Below the pieces are notes generated by a model that saw only the letters and a program-made list of their open reading frames with translations, made no database searches and was not told the origin of the DNA. A DNA stretch of 64,000 bases from Candidatus Terrybacteria bacterium RIFCSPHIGHO2_01_FULL_43_35 (lineage in GTDB: Bacteria; Patescibacteriota; Minisyncoccia; Terrybacterales; GWB1-40-14): contig MHSR01000013.1 of NCBI GenBank assembly GCA_001822815.1, positions 149,093-213,092 of the forward strand. Direction: 5' to 3'. Both the position numbers and the translations under genes were made by a program. Below, one piece after another: positions 1 through 10,363 of the stretch; within the stretch, counting starts at the first letter, position 1, and the number at the start of each line of letters is the position of its first letter.

Positions 1-2
1 TC

Positions 3-923
3 GTGGCGGGTAATTTTTCTGTCGTCTGGCGCGATGAAAGCAAACGGGCCACAACCTTTGGAGCAACGGACATTTTTGCAGACATACTTGACGTCTCTAC
101 TGCGTCGGGCGAATTTTTTACGAATGAAGATGTAAGACAGCGGACTTCTGTCGTTGTTTTGGGATACAAATTAAACCAGGACATTTTTGGAGACTCCGAT
201 GCTATAGGACAGGTAGTCAAAATAAAAAACGTCAATTTCAGAGTTGGTGGAGTTCTTCCCAAAAAAGGCAATGTAGGTTTACTTAATGTTGATGACGTCG
301 CCATTCTTCCTTATACGGCCGCACAGGAATACCTCACTGGCACAGATTATTTTCAAGAAATACTTATACGCGTTGAGAATGAGGATGTAATGCCGCGTGT
401 CGAAGAGGATGTAAAAAATCTTCTACGTATGAACCACAATATAACCGATCCCGCAAAAGACGATTTTCATGTTATGACTCCGGCTGACGTTGCCTCAAGA
501 GTTTCTACTGTAACAGGAATACTCACGGCTTTTTTGACCGCGGTTGCCGCCATTTCTCTTATTGTCGGGGGTATAGGAATAATGAATATAATGCTTGTAT
601 CGGTAAGCGAGCGCACTGGAGAAATAGGTCTGCGCAAAGCCATAGGAGCTACAAATAATGATATATTAAAACAGTTCCTGCTTGAGGCCGTAATACTTAC
701 CGCTTCAGGAGGTGTTATAGGCATGATTTTGGGTAATACTTTTAGTTATGTTTTATCGTTAGCGCTTTCGTATTTCCTCGATGTATCCTGGAAATTCGTT
801 TTGCCCTTGCAGGCTATGGCCGTGGGCATTTTCGTCTCAACAATAGTCGGCGTTGTTTTTGGAATATATCCGGCCAGGCGCGCTTCGCGTCTTGACCCAG
901 TAGAAGCACTGAGATACGAATAG
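3..923 (+). CDS. ABC transporter permease, FtsX/MacB family (5'-partial, C-terminal part only)
   Basis: ORF runs from window edge; C-terminal FtsX-domain signature GGIGIMNIMLVSVSERTGEIGLRKAIGATNNDILKQFLLEAVIL and 3-4 predicted TM helices typical of MacB-type permeases. Confidence 0.8.
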   Translation: MAGNFSVVWRDESKRATTFGATDIFADILDVSTASGEFFTNEDVRQRTSVVVLGYKLNQDIFGDSDAIGQVVKIKNVNFRVGGVLPKKGNVGLLNVDDVAILPYTAAQEYLTGTDYFQEILIRVENEDVMPRVEEDVKNLLRMNHNITDPAKDDFHVMTPADVASRVSTVTGILTAFLTAVAAISLIVGGIGIMNIMLVSVSERTGEIGLRKAIGATNNDILKQFLLEAVILTASGGVIGMILGNTFSYVLSLALSYFLDVSWKFVLPLQAMAVGIFVSTIVGVVFGIYPARRASRLDPVEALRYE

Positions 924-933
924 TTATATGAAT

Positions 934-1066
934 CTCGTTAGAGACAGCATATCGTTGTTATATTTTGACTATGCATTATAGAGATATTAATGTTTATATA
1001 CAGGACCTAGGCGCAATTTACGGAAACGCTTTAACGTCTTCCGTAAAGCGTTTTCTGTCTCTAACG
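934..1066. repeat. long-range inverted repeat (12-bp arms ctcgttagagacag / ctgtctctaacg) enclosing a 10-bp-stem hairpin (aaacgcttta...taaagcgttt) directly upstream of start codon at 1069
   Basis: seen directly in sequence; arms at 934-947 and 1055-1066, inner hairpin 1024-1053. Confidence 0.5.
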
Positions 1067-1068
1067 GG

Positions 1069-1776
1069 ATGAAAGCTATAATTTTGGCCGGCGGCAAAGG
1101 AACGCGGCTTTATCCGGTGACACTGGAAACGCCCAAGCCTTTGCTGACCGTCAATAAAAAACCAATCCTAAATTATCTTGTCGAGCTGTTTTTTAAGCAC
1201 GGTATTGAAGACGTTGGTGTCACCATAAACGCTGATCACACCGAAGATTTCGATTGGTGGTACAAGCGCTGGTGGGAGGGCGCGCCGATAAGATTCTTTG
1301 AAGAAACCGCACCCCTAGGGACCTTCGGCACTTTGGCCTTGGTGGCCCACTGGATTAAAGGCGAAGATTTTTTTGTCAGCAATGGCGACGAACTTAAAGA
1401 CGTTGATCTTTCCGCGATGAAAGATTATCATCGCGCGCATCCTTCGCCGGCCACCGTTGCCCTGGTATCCGTTCCAAATCCTAAGGATTATGGCGTGGCC
1501 AAACTGGATGGCGATATGATCAGTGAATTTCTTGAGAAGCCAGAAAACCCGCCAACCTCCTATATAAACGCCGGTCTGTACTGTCTTTCACCGGAAATTT
1601 TTGATTATTATACCGGTGCCAACAACGGCTTTGCCATGCTGGAGAAAGATTTGTTTCCCAAATTGGCTAGTGAAGGACGCCTCCATGGCTTCACTTATAA
1701 CGGCAAGTGGCAGGATTGCGGCACATTCGAAAGATGGCAGAAGGCTATGCAAGAATGGGGGAAGGATAACAAGTAG
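1069..1776 (+). CDS. sugar-phosphate nucleotidyltransferase (NTP_transferase family; glucose-1-P thymidylyl-/mannose-1-P guanylyltransferase-like)
   Basis: N-terminal MKAIILAGGKGTRLYPVT (GGxGTRLxP signature), EKP and NAGxY motifs. Confidence 0.75.
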   Translation: MKAIILAGGKGTRLYPVTLETPKPLLTVNKKPILNYLVELFFKHGIEDVGVTINADHTEDFDWWYKRWWEGAPIRFFEETAPLGTFGTLALVAHWIKGEDFFVSNGDELKDVDLSAMKDYHRAHPSPATVALVSVPNPKDYGVAKLDGDMISEFLEKPENPPTSYINAGLYCLSPEIFDYYTGANNGFAMLEKDLFPKLASEGRLHGFTYNGKWQDCGTFERWQKAMQEWGKDNK

Positions 1777-1949
1777 TAAATCCGTTCGCGTCTGCAAGGG
1801 ATCCCTCCATTTGTATAGCCGATTACGGCATTTTGGCACGAGCCTTAATGCCGCTCACAGACTTGCTACTTGCATAAGAAAGCGAAATGTTAAGCGCACC
1901 CTCAGAACCCGCTAAAGGGCTTGCGCCAATTATTTCCATTTATAAAAGT

Positions 1950-2315
1950 ATGAATATAAATGTAGGTAGGCGCGGCGAGGAGATCGCCGCTGATTATTTA
2001 AAAAAGAAAGGATATAAAATTATCGCAAGGAATTGGAAGCCGGCTAAGCTTCCGACTGCCGGCGAGATAGATATAGTAGCAAAGAGGGGAGAGGATTTTG
2101 TTTTCGTTGAGGTTAAGGCGTTATCCCAAAACGACACTTTTTATCCCGAAGACCACTTTACGCCGGACAAGGCAGCCAAAACCATAAGAGCCGCACGCCT
2201 GTGGCTTGCCGAAAATAACAGCTTAGATAGGCCTTGGCAGATAGATTTGATTGCTATCGAGATGTATGCCGGCGGACAAGAGCATATTTTCCATTACGAA
2301 CAAGTGGTTAGCTGA
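1950..2315 (+). CDS. yraN: YraN family (UPF0102) putative endonuclease
   Basis: GRRGEEIAADYLKKKGYKIIARNWK...GEIDIVA...FVEVK pattern typical of YraN; ORF track starts at 1887 but the conserved domain begins at Met 1950. Confidence 0.65.
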   Translation: MNINVGRRGEEIAADYLKKKGYKIIARNWKPAKLPTAGEIDIVAKRGEDFVFVEVKALSQNDTFYPEDHFTPDKAAKTIRAARLWLAENNSLDRPWQIDLIAIEMYAGGQEHIFHYEQVVS

Positions 2316-2618
2316 GTTTGCTTGCCTGTCAGTTTCGTCCTTGGGCTTAGCGGTTATTGCTATTCTTGGGGAGGTCGGTGCTGCGCAAAACGAAGACCTC
2401 TCACTTTTCTTGACACCAAGACAAAGAATGTTTAGTATACGTTAGGTTAAGGGTTGCAATGTTTGATAACGGTCCGCTTTGGCGGGCCATTTTCATTATC
2501 CCAAGGTTAAAGTAAAAGTTAAAAGCTAAAAATTTTGGTATTTCGCAAAAGCGAAAATTATAATGCGCCGAAGGCGCTACCCAACTTTTTACTTTTTCGT
2601 TTTTACCTTTTAGTTTTT

Positions 2619-3941
2619 ATGTTTGATTTAAAAAATTTCGCCTCGGCCATCAGCCAAATAGTTGAAGAAAAAGGCATACCCGAGGAAAAAGTAGTTGAAA
2701 CTATCGAGTTGGCTCTTGCCGCCGCGTACAAGCGCGATTACGCAAGTCGCGGAGAGAATATTAAAGTTAGCTTTGACCCCAAGAACGGACACATGGAGGT
2801 GTTTAAGGTAATGCTTGTTGTTAATGAAGATATGCTTAAACCAGAGGAAACAGAGGACAACGAAGCGTCTCAAGAAACAGCGCCCCCGCTAAAGATTGAA
2901 ATTGAAAGCAAAAAGAAAACTTCCAAAAAATCGGCTGTCAAAGACAATAAAGAACCCAAAGTCAATAAAATCAAGGAAGAAAAGCCCTCGGAAGAAGACA
3001 CCCGGATACGTTTCAACCAAGCCAGACATATCATGGTTAAGGATGCCAAAAAAATTAGAAAAGGCATTAAAGCCGGAGAAGAACTTTTTACGCCCCTTGA
3101 AGTTCATGAAAATTTTGGACGCATAGCTGCGCAGACGGCCAAGCAGGTGATAATACAGCGCATACGCGAAGCCGAAAGAGAAGCCGTCTTCGGTGAATTC
3201 AAGGACAAAGAAGGCGAATTGATTTCTGGAATAGTTCAGCGCGTTGAAGGGCGGACAGTATATGTGGATATAGGCAAGACATTCGGCGTTTTGTTCCCGC
3301 AGGAACAGATTCCGGGAGAATATTATCGCATTGGCTCGCGCATACGGTTTTATGTCGTAGAGGTTAATTCGGGACCCAAAGGCCCGCAAGTGATATTATC
3401 GCGTTCGCATCCAAAGATGATTTCCAAACTTTTTGAGTTGGAAGTCCCGGAAGTCGCCTCCGGTACAGTTGTATTAAAATCGGTTGCACGTGAAGCCGGC
3501 TCTAGAACCAAGATTGCCGTGACCTCCACGCAAGAAGGTATAGATCCGATAGGTTCTTGTGTTGGCCATCGAGGCACACGTATTACTACCGTTATCGGAG
3601 AGATTGGTGGAGAAAAAATAGACGTTATTGAATGGTCGGAAGATTCGCAACGTTATATCACCAATGCTCTGTCGCCGGCGAAAGCCACTTCGGTTGAGCT
3701 TGGGCAAAAAAATATAGCTGTGGCCACTGTTCCTGACGATCAATTGTCTTTGGCTATAGGCAAAGAGGGTCAGAACGTTAGGTTGGCCGCCAAACTAACC
3801 GGATGGAAAATAGATATACGCGGCGAAAGTGGAGAAGTTACTATGCCCAGCGAGCCTCAAGAAACCACGGATAATTCAGAAGGTGAAAGCGAGGCACAAG
3901 AATCTAATAACAAAGTTGTCACAGACAAAGCAGAGGAATAA
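2619..3941 (+). CDS. nusA: transcription termination/antitermination factor NusA (with Lys/Glu-rich insertion)
   Basis: NusA N-terminal domain, S1 domain (GELISGIVQRVEGRTVYVDIG), two KH domains (GSCVGHRGTRI..., AIGKEGQNVRLAAKLTGWKIDI); likely start Met 2619 (ORF track 2535). Confidence 0.85.
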   Translation: MFDLKNFASAISQIVEEKGIPEEKVVETIELALAAAYKRDYASRGENIKVSFDPKNGHMEVFKVMLVVNEDMLKPEETEDNEASQETAPPLKIEIESKKKTSKKSAVKDNKEPKVNKIKEEKPSEEDTRIRFNQARHIMVKDAKKIRKGIKAGEELFTPLEVHENFGRIAAQTAKQVIIQRIREAEREAVFGEFKDKEGELISGIVQRVEGRTVYVDIGKTFGVLFPQEQIPGEYYRIGSRIRFYVVEVNSGPKGPQVILSRSHPKMISKLFELEVPEVASGTVVLKSVAREAGSRTKIAVTSTQEGIDPIGSCVGHRGTRITTVIGEIGGEKIDVIEWSEDSQRYITNALSPAKATSVELGQKNIAVATVPDDQLSLAIGKEGQNVRLAAKLTGWKIDIRGESGEVTMPSEPQETTDNSEGESEAQESNNKVVTDKAEE

Positions 3942-3976
3942 TATAAAAATACCGATAAAAAAATTTAAATTTAAAA

Positions 3977-6040
3977 GTGAAAATTTTCATGAATATATCT
4001 TTTGTACTGTTTTCAAGCATAATGATTCTTGCCTGGGCTGGCCTTTTGATTAAATGGGTCCTCAAGCAACCAAAAGGCAGTGAAAAAATGAATGAAATAT
4101 CCCTGGCTATCAGTCAGGGCTCAAACGCTTTTTTGACCAGACAATATAAAACCGTTGCTTTGGTCGCTCTTCCGATAACAATTATTCTTTATTTTGTATT
4201 TGGTTCGATGGTTGCCTTGGGATTTGTTGTTGGCGCGGTTTCGTCAGCCATTGCTGGCATAATCGGAATGCTTATTTCCGTCCGTGCCAATGTGCGCGTT
4301 GCCCAAGCGGCAGAAAAAAGTATGGCACACGCCATGCAAGTTGCTTTCCGTGGCGGTGCGGTCACGGGTTTTTTTGTTGTAGGCTTGGGATTGCTTTCCG
4401 TGACGTGTTTTTGGCTTGTGGTTGGCAACGAAATATTCCCATTGGTGGCCTTGAGTTTTGGCGCATCTTTGATTTCTGTTTTTGCGAGGCTCGGCGGCGG
4501 AATTTATACCAAAGGCGCTGATGTTGGTGCTGACCTCGTTGGTAAAATTGAAGTTGGAATTCCGGAAGATGATCCGCGCAATCCCGCGGTCATTGCCGAC
4601 AACGTCGGCGACAATGTGGGTGATTGCGCTGGCATGGCCGCAGATCTTTTTGAAACTTACGTAGTAACTATAGTAGCTTCATTTATTCTTGCCCGTTCTC
4701 TTTTCCCGGATTTATCCTCGGCATTGCTTTTGCCTTTGGGCTTGGCGGCCATAGCTATACTTGCCACACCTATCGGCATGCTGGCTTTGGGCAAAGTTAA
4801 AGATTCAAAATCCATAATGAGTGCTATGTACAGGTCTCTTATTGTTACTGCCGTATTGTCGGCCGCGGGTTTCTGGGTAGTGACGCACGCCTTAGATTTT
4901 TCAAAATTGAACCCATCTTCCGGCGCTTCAGTAGCTTATCCCTCGGCTCTTGAGCTGTGGCTTGCGTCTTTGATCGGACTTGTGATTACGGCGCTGATGG
5001 TTTTGGTGACCGATTACTACACGGCCAAGAAATTCCGTCCGGTTCAATCTATAGCTAAAGCATCCGAAACCGGACACGCTACAAATATTATCAGCGGTTT
5101 GGCCATAGGCATGGAGGCGACAGCCGCGCCAATTGTGATTGTTGTTGCCGGAATGATTTCGGCTTATTTGGTTGTGGGCGGCGGAGTCGTTGGAGTTTTT
5201 GGCATAGCAATTGCGGCTGTGGCTATGCTTTCTTTGGCAGGAATAATTGTGGCCATAGACGCTTTCGGCCCCATTACTGATAATGCCGGTGGCATCGCTG
5301 AAATGTCCCATTTGTCCCCCTCGTTGCGCGAGGTTACCGATGCTTTAGATGCGGTCGGCAATACAACCAAAGCGGTGACTAAGGGTTATGCTATAGCTTC
5401 GGCGGCTTTGGCCTCTTTGGTACTTTTTGCCGGATATCGTCAGGAGATAATTTCCGCCTCGCAGACCGTAGCTGCTTCTTTAGATTTTAATATAACTAAC
5501 GTTAAAGTAATCGCCGGTTTGTTTTTAGGCGCCATGGTCCCGTATCTTTTTGCTTCGCTGGCCATGCGCGCTGTTGGCAAATCAGCAGGATCAATAGTTG
5601 AAGAAGTTCGCCGTCAATTTAAAGAAAAGCCAGGTATTATGAATGGTACAGATAAGCCAGATTATGCCCGAGCCGTTGATATAGTTACCAGCGCGGCTTT
5701 GCGTGAAATGATTTTGCCGACATTGTTGCCCGTGGGTGTTCCAATATTGATAGCTTATGCGCTTGGCCTGGAGGCCTTGGGTGGAGCCTTGATCGGCGTC
5801 ATTGTCACGGGTCTTTTTGTCGCGCTTTCTATGACCTCGGGCGGAGCGGCATGGGATAACGCCAAGAAATATATTGAAGAGGGACATTTTGGAGGTAAGG
5901 GTTCCGCGGCGCATAAAGCCGCCGTGACAGGAGATACGGTAGGGGATCCGTATAAAGACACCGCTGGACCAGCCATAAACCCCGTTATTAAAGTCATGAA
6001 CATCATCGCCATTTTGCTGGTTCGAGTCATTGTCAAATAA
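3977..6040 (+). CDS. hppA: membrane-bound proton-translocating pyrophosphatase (K+-independent type, Lys in GNTTKA)
   Basis: [59 protein letters not shown] signatures; ~16 TM helices. Confidence 0.9.
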   Translation: MKIFMNISFVLFSSIMILAWAGLLIKWVLKQPKGSEKMNEISLAISQGSNAFLTRQYKTVALVALPITIILYFVFGSMVALGFVVGAVSSAIAGIIGMLISVRANVRVAQAAEKSMAHAMQVAFRGGAVTGFFVVGLGLLSVTCFWLVVGNEIFPLVALSFGASLISVFARLGGGIYTKGADVGADLVGKIEVGIPEDDPRNPAVIADNVGDNVGDCAGMAADLFETYVVTIVASFILARSLFPDLSSALLLPLGLAAIAILATPIGMLALGKVKDSKSIMSAMYRSLIVTAVLSAAGFWVVTHALDFSKLNPSSGASVAYPSALELWLASLIGLVITALMVLVTDYYTAKKFRPVQSIAKASETGHATNIISGLAIGMEATAAPIVIVVAGMISAYLVVGGGVVGVFGIAIAAVAMLSLAGIIVAIDAFGPITDNAGGIAEMSHLSPSLREVTDALDAVGNTTKAVTKGYAIASAALASLVLFAGYRQEIISASQTVAASLDFNITNVKVIAGLFLGAMVPYLFASLAMRAVGKSAGSIVEEVRRQFKEKPGIMNGTDKPDYARAVDIVTSAALREMILPTLLPVGVPILIAYALGLEALGGALIGVIVTGLFVALSMTSGGAAWDNAKKYIEEGHFGGKGSAAHKAAVTGDTVGDPYKDTAGPAINPVIKVMNIIAILLVRVIVK

Positions 6041-6072
6041 AAAACCGCTCTTTTTTAGTGAGCGGATATGAT

Positions 6073-6786
6073 TTAAGATTCTCCGGCGTAGATATCAATA
6101 TCAGTAAGCGGAACCTCGGAAAGCTTCAGAAGATCATTGATTTGTTTAAGAGTTAATCCCTTAAGGGGAAGTGTTTTGAGTGCTGGTTCGCCCTCTTTGG
6201 TATGAAGGCTTAAGCCCGCACTAAACGCTCTGGCCAAGATATCTTTTTTGCTGTTTAGAAGATATTCGATGCGTCTAGGCTCTGACCAAATCCAGTAGCC
6301 GCCCACGGGGGCAGGAAAGGCTGGAATAAAAACCACAAGATCAAAGCTGCCGCGGCTGTTTGGGACCGGGACCCCATCGCCATTTAGAGAATAAGCGCGT
6401 TTTAGCTCTACTGCGATAACAATGCCCAGTATGCGGTTGCCGTCGAACTGTTCAACTCTGACAAATGGGAAACGAAGAACGACTTTCATCCAGTAGGCTA
6501 TCTTGAAAGGAAGAGATATTACCGGGATTTTCCAAACAAAACGCTGTACAGCCGGAATTTTAATGAAGAAACCAATAATACTTGCGGTTAATATAGTGAC
6601 AAAGTAAACGGCAAGCGGAAGTTCGATTATAGCCCGAAGACCAAAAGCCGCGAATAAGGGGTTAAAAATAGTCCCGAAAATATTGTTAATGAATGAAAGA
6701 AATCCGGCAAAAATGGCCGATAAAAACAAGATTACAAAACCAGGGACGAAATAATTGCTCAGCCAATCGCGCATCCGGCTCGACAC
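6073..6786 (-). CDS. DUF502-family membrane protein
   Basis: N-terminal TM helices; FVRVEQFDGNRILGIV...FIPAFPAPVGGY...pattern resembling DUF502. Confidence 0.5.
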   Translation of the reverse strand: MSSRMRDWLSNYFVPGFVILFLSAIFAGFLSFINNIFGTIFNPLFAAFGLRAIIELPLAVYFVTILTASIIGFFIKIPAVQRFVWKIPVISLPFKIAYWMKVVLRFPFVRVEQFDGNRILGIVIAVELKRAYSLNGDGVPVPNSRGSFDLVVFIPAFPAPVGGYWIWSEPRRIEYLLNSKKDILARAFSAGLSLHTKEGEPALKTLPLKGLTLKQINDLLKLSEVPLTDIDIYAGES

Positions 6787-6934
6787 AGCAACTCCTTTTA
6801 AAGAACACTTAATTGGTTATTTACGCAATAACACACCCGTTCTCAAACAGCAAATTTACCCCCAATGGATTTAAACTTATAATGCAACATCCGAGAGAAA
6901 GTGCTGCACCTGGTTGTTGAATTAACTTAGATAT

Positions 6935-8224
6935 ATGGATATAAAACGTGAAATTCAAAAACAAAACATAGAATGGCGAGTGGAGATAAACGGAATCGAA
7001 TTAGCTCCTTATTGTCAAATGGCGCTTGAGACAATGATCAAAGATTTAGAATTCCCCGGTTTTCGCAAAGGGAAAATTCCTCAAAATCTGGCCCAAAATC
7101 ATTTCAGTGAAGAACAGATTATTGAGCAAAGCGCTTTGTTGGCTACACGAAAAATTGCTGCCGATATCTTAGCCCAAGAAATAGAAGAATGGATGGGCCA
7201 GCCTGAAATAGAAGTATTGGAAAACAACAAGGATAAGGGCCTTGTTTTTATCCTGCGCGCAACTTTGTTGCCTAAAGTTATATTGGGCGATTGGCGGAAG
7301 AAAATAAATGTTAAAGCGCAGCTACCTCAAGTGAAAGACGAAGAAATAACCAAATCTCTAAACTATTTACGCGCCTCACGAGCGGTTTATCGCGCCGTAA
7401 ACAGGACCGCGCAAAAAGGAGATTTTGTCGAGGTTTCTTTCTCTGGTTTGGCTGGCGGCGTTCAGGTTGAAGGTTTGGCATCTCGCCGCCACCCATTCAT
7501 TTTGGGCGAAGGAGGTTTCGTCGAGGGGTTTGAGGATAATATTGAGGGCATGAGAGTCGGAGAGGATAAACTTTTTACTTTAAAGGTTGATAAAAGCTGG
7601 AAACATAAAGCCGTTGCCGGCCGAGAAATAGAGTTTTCGGTAAAGCTGGATGCGTTACAGGAAAGATTGCTGCCAGAAATCTTAGATGATTTTGCTAAGT
7701 CCTTGGGAGCGTTCAAGTCCATAGATGAACTTAAAGCAAGCATAACTGAGGGGTTGCTGGCCGAAAAAAAAGAAGCCGAAAAGAAAAGATTCCGTCTGGC
7801 TATACTTGATCAAATTATTGAAAACTTGTCTGTTGAAATACCAGAAGTAATGCGTAAACAAGAGGCCGATCGTTTATATGAAGATATGCGCGTGGGGGTT
7901 GAGCAAGGAGGCTATAAGTTTGAAGGTTATTTGACTCAAATCGGCAAAACACAAGAAGGCCTGAAGGAAGATTTTATGCGCGGAGCCGAAAAAAGGGTAA
8001 AAGCCAGTCTGGTTTTGCGTGCTTTGGCCAAAGAACTGGCCATTGAGCCGACTGACGAAGAAATTCAGCAGTGCATCAACGAAGAGCTTATAAAAGCAAG
8101 GCCTCCTGAAGGAGCGCAAAAAATTGACCCCGACGAGCACAAGGCTTATTGTAGAAGTATAGTTCGCAACGAAAAGGTGTTTGAGGCATTGGAGGCAATT
8201 GTGGAACAAAAAGCAAAAGTATAA
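6935..8224 (+). CDS. tig: trigger factor (ribosome-associated chaperone, PPIase)
   Basis: FPGFRKGKIP signature of trigger factor N-domain, FKBP-like middle domain; upstream of clpP as in many bacteria. Confidence 0.8.
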   Translation: MDIKREIQKQNIEWRVEINGIELAPYCQMALETMIKDLEFPGFRKGKIPQNLAQNHFSEEQIIEQSALLATRKIAADILAQEIEEWMGQPEIEVLENNKDKGLVFILRATLLPKVILGDWRKKINVKAQLPQVKDEEITKSLNYLRASRAVYRAVNRTAQKGDFVEVSFSGLAGGVQVEGLASRRHPFILGEGGFVEGFEDNIEGMRVGEDKLFTLKVDKSWKHKAVAGREIEFSVKLDALQERLLPEILDDFAKSLGAFKSIDELKASITEGLLAEKKEAEKKRFRLAILDQIIENLSVEIPEVMRKQEADRLYEDMRVGVEQGGYKFEGYLTQIGKTQEGLKEDFMRGAEKRVKASLVLRALAKELAIEPTDEEIQQCINEELIKARPPEGAQKIDPDEHKAYCRSIVRNEKVFEALEAIVEQKAKV

Positions 8225-8402
8225 AATAACCGCGAATTCAATTTCTAATTACTAATGTCTAATATCCGCAATATATAAAAACACTTTTGGGCATTAGAAA
8301 ATTGAGTCATTGGGACTTGATTAGGTCAATTAGAAATTAGGAATTAGACATTTGTAAAATAAATTTATCATCATAACTCATTCAAATTATTCAAAAGATA
8401 TT

Positions 8403-9011
8403 ATGTCTACCAACGCATACAATCAGTATTTAATCCCCACGGTTATAGAAAAATCGCAGTTTGGCGAAAGGGCCTATGATATTTATTCGCGCCTGCTTAA
8501 AGACCGCATTATTTTTTTGGGCGGACCGGTTTCAGATGCGGTGGCCAACGCTGTTATTGCCCAAATGCTTTTTTTGGAGTCACAAGATCCCAAAAAAGAT
8601 ATCCAGCTTTATATTAATTCACCGGGCGGCTCTGTGACTGCCGGTTTGGCCATTTATGACACTATGCAATATGTGAAATGCGACGTTTCAACTATGTGCA
8701 TAGGCATAGCTGCGTCTATGGCCGCAACTATTCTTGCCTCCGGCACCAATGGCAAGAGATTTGCCTTGCCCAACTCTGAAATATTGATCCACCAGGTGAT
8801 GGGCGAAGCGGGGGGGCAGGCGGTTGAGATTGAGATATCCGCCAAACACATTTTGAAAATCAAGGATCGATTGAATGACATCTTGGCCAAGCACACCGGA
8901 CAAAAAATAGATAAGATAGAAAAAGACACCGACCGCGACTTTTATATGAACGCTCACGAAGCCAAAGAATACGGCATTATCGACAAGATAATTAACCACA
9001 AAAAGCAATAA
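8403..9011 (+). CDS. clpP: ATP-dependent Clp protease proteolytic subunit ClpP
   Basis: [38 protein letters not shown], catalytic Ser/His/Asp context. Confidence 0.9.
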   Translation: MSTNAYNQYLIPTVIEKSQFGERAYDIYSRLLKDRIIFLGGPVSDAVANAVIAQMLFLESQDPKKDIQLYINSPGGSVTAGLAIYDTMQYVKCDVSTMCIGIAASMAATILASGTNGKRFALPNSEILIHQVMGEAGGQAVEIEISAKHILKIKDRLNDILAKHTGQKIDKIEKDTDRDFYMNAHEAKEYGIIDKIINHKKQ

Positions 9012-9013
9012 TA

Positions 9014-9048
9014 AAAAGCCGCCCTGAGTTTGTCGAAAGGCGGCTTTT
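9014..9048 (+). terminator. rho-independent terminator after clpP
   Basis: aaaagccgcc...ggcggctttt hairpin followed by T tract. Confidence 0.6.
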
Positions 9049-9085
9049 CCTTAATTCGCTGTCCTTTTAGTGTTATAATGTTGGT

Positions 9086-9832
9086 ATGGCCTCTTCAGAT
9101 GCCAATACTAAGACTAGTGGCGGAATAGACATTCTTTCTGTGCCCAAAAAAGAACTGCACCCAAAAGCCATTCTCAAGAATTACTGGCCGCTTATCATTT
9201 TCGGCCTATTTATAGTATTGTTTGTTTCGGCTATTGTCGCGCTTAAATTATACAAAGATGCCCAGCCCGCCGACATATCAAAATTGGTGCTTAAGCCCGA
9301 TGCCAACGACCCGTATTTGGGCAAATTCATTGCGCCCCTGGTTGTTGTAGAAGCCGCCGATATTCGCTGTCCAGGATGCAAGAATTTTTATGATAATATT
9401 GAGCCCGATCTTAAAAGGAACTATATTGATACCGGCAAAATAAAATTCTATTTTTGGGATGTTCTGATAGATAACGCTTCTTTACAGGCTTCTGAAGCTA
9501 CTTATTGTGCCAACGACCAGGGCAAATATTGGGAGTACCGCTCTGAATTCCTGGTCTTGCCTAGAGATGAAGGCAACTGGGGTAAGATTTTGAACCGCAG
9601 TGAATTTATAGCTATAGCTCAAGATTTAAACCTTGACACAGCAGTATTTGGGGCATGCTTAGATTCTGAAAAATATAAGGACAAAGTACTCGAAAAGAGC
9701 GAACAAGCTTTAGCTACCGGCATGACGTTTAGCCCCACGCTATTTTTAAGTAGCGGTAAGGTTTTGCCGGGCGTTGGTTTCTATAACACGCTTGCCAATG
9801 AGATTGACAGATTTTTTAATTTAAATAAATAA
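9086..9832 (+). CDS. DsbA-like thiol:disulfide oxidoreductase (membrane-anchored, CPGC active site)
   Basis: N-terminal TM helix, thioredoxin-fold with CPGC motif, DsbA-like length. Confidence 0.7.
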   Translation: MASSDANTKTSGGIDILSVPKKELHPKAILKNYWPLIIFGLFIVLFVSAIVALKLYKDAQPADISKLVLKPDANDPYLGKFIAPLVVVEAADIRCPGCKNFYDNIEPDLKRNYIDTGKIKFYFWDVLIDNASLQASEATYCANDQGKYWEYRSEFLVLPRDEGNWGKILNRSEFIAIAQDLNLDTAVFGACLDSEKYKDKVLEKSEQALATGMTFSPTLFLSSGKVLPGVGFYNTLANEIDRFFNLNK

Positions 9833-9864
9833 CGCTTCAGGAATCATTTTAAAAATATTTTCGT

Positions 9865-10335
9865 ATGCGCAAAAAAACACAATTTTTATTAATAGCTGTC
9901 TTTGTAGCCGGTGCAATGGGCGGATTTTTTCTTCAATCAACCTTTAAAGATATTCTGGAACCAAAAACGCCCCTACCCCAAAATCCTTCCCCAATACAGC
10001 AGTCTTATCTGCAAAATCCTCTATTTACGGATTGGACGGCTAATATTGAAGGCACCATATTATCTTTGAATGATAAAAATATGGTTATTGAAGATAAGGG
10101 CATTGAGGCAGATATCAGTTTAACTCAAGAAACATCTTTCCAGCGCTATGTTCTCCCTCAAGATAATAATTCAGAAGCAGCTCCTGAAGATATCACGGCC
10201 AAAGATTTAAAAATAGGCGACAATGTTTCTGTTTTTGTTAGCTTCAGGAAGGGTATTGCCGAAACAAGCAGTGTTGTTGTGTTTCCATTGTCCACCGAGC
10301 CTCCTACTACGGGTATTAAGACCCCCAATCAATAA
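9865..10335 (+). CDS. hypothetical secreted protein
   Basis: signal peptide-like N-terminus; no recognisable domain. Confidence 0.4.
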   Translation: MRKKTQFLLIAVFVAGAMGGFFLQSTFKDILEPKTPLPQNPSPIQQSYLQNPLFTDWTANIEGTILSLNDKNMVIEDKGIEADISLTQETSFQRYVLPQDNNSEAAPEDITAKDLKIGDNVSVFVSFRKGIAETSSVVVFPLSTEPPTTGIKTPNQ

Positions 10336-10363
10336 AAGACCAATAGATAAAAGATGTTTGTTT

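Noticed and set aside
2251-2445. 64-aa ORF overlapping the end of yraN
   Set aside because: It overlaps a supported gene out of frame and has no features. The region also contains hairpins consistent with a terminator or leader for nusA.
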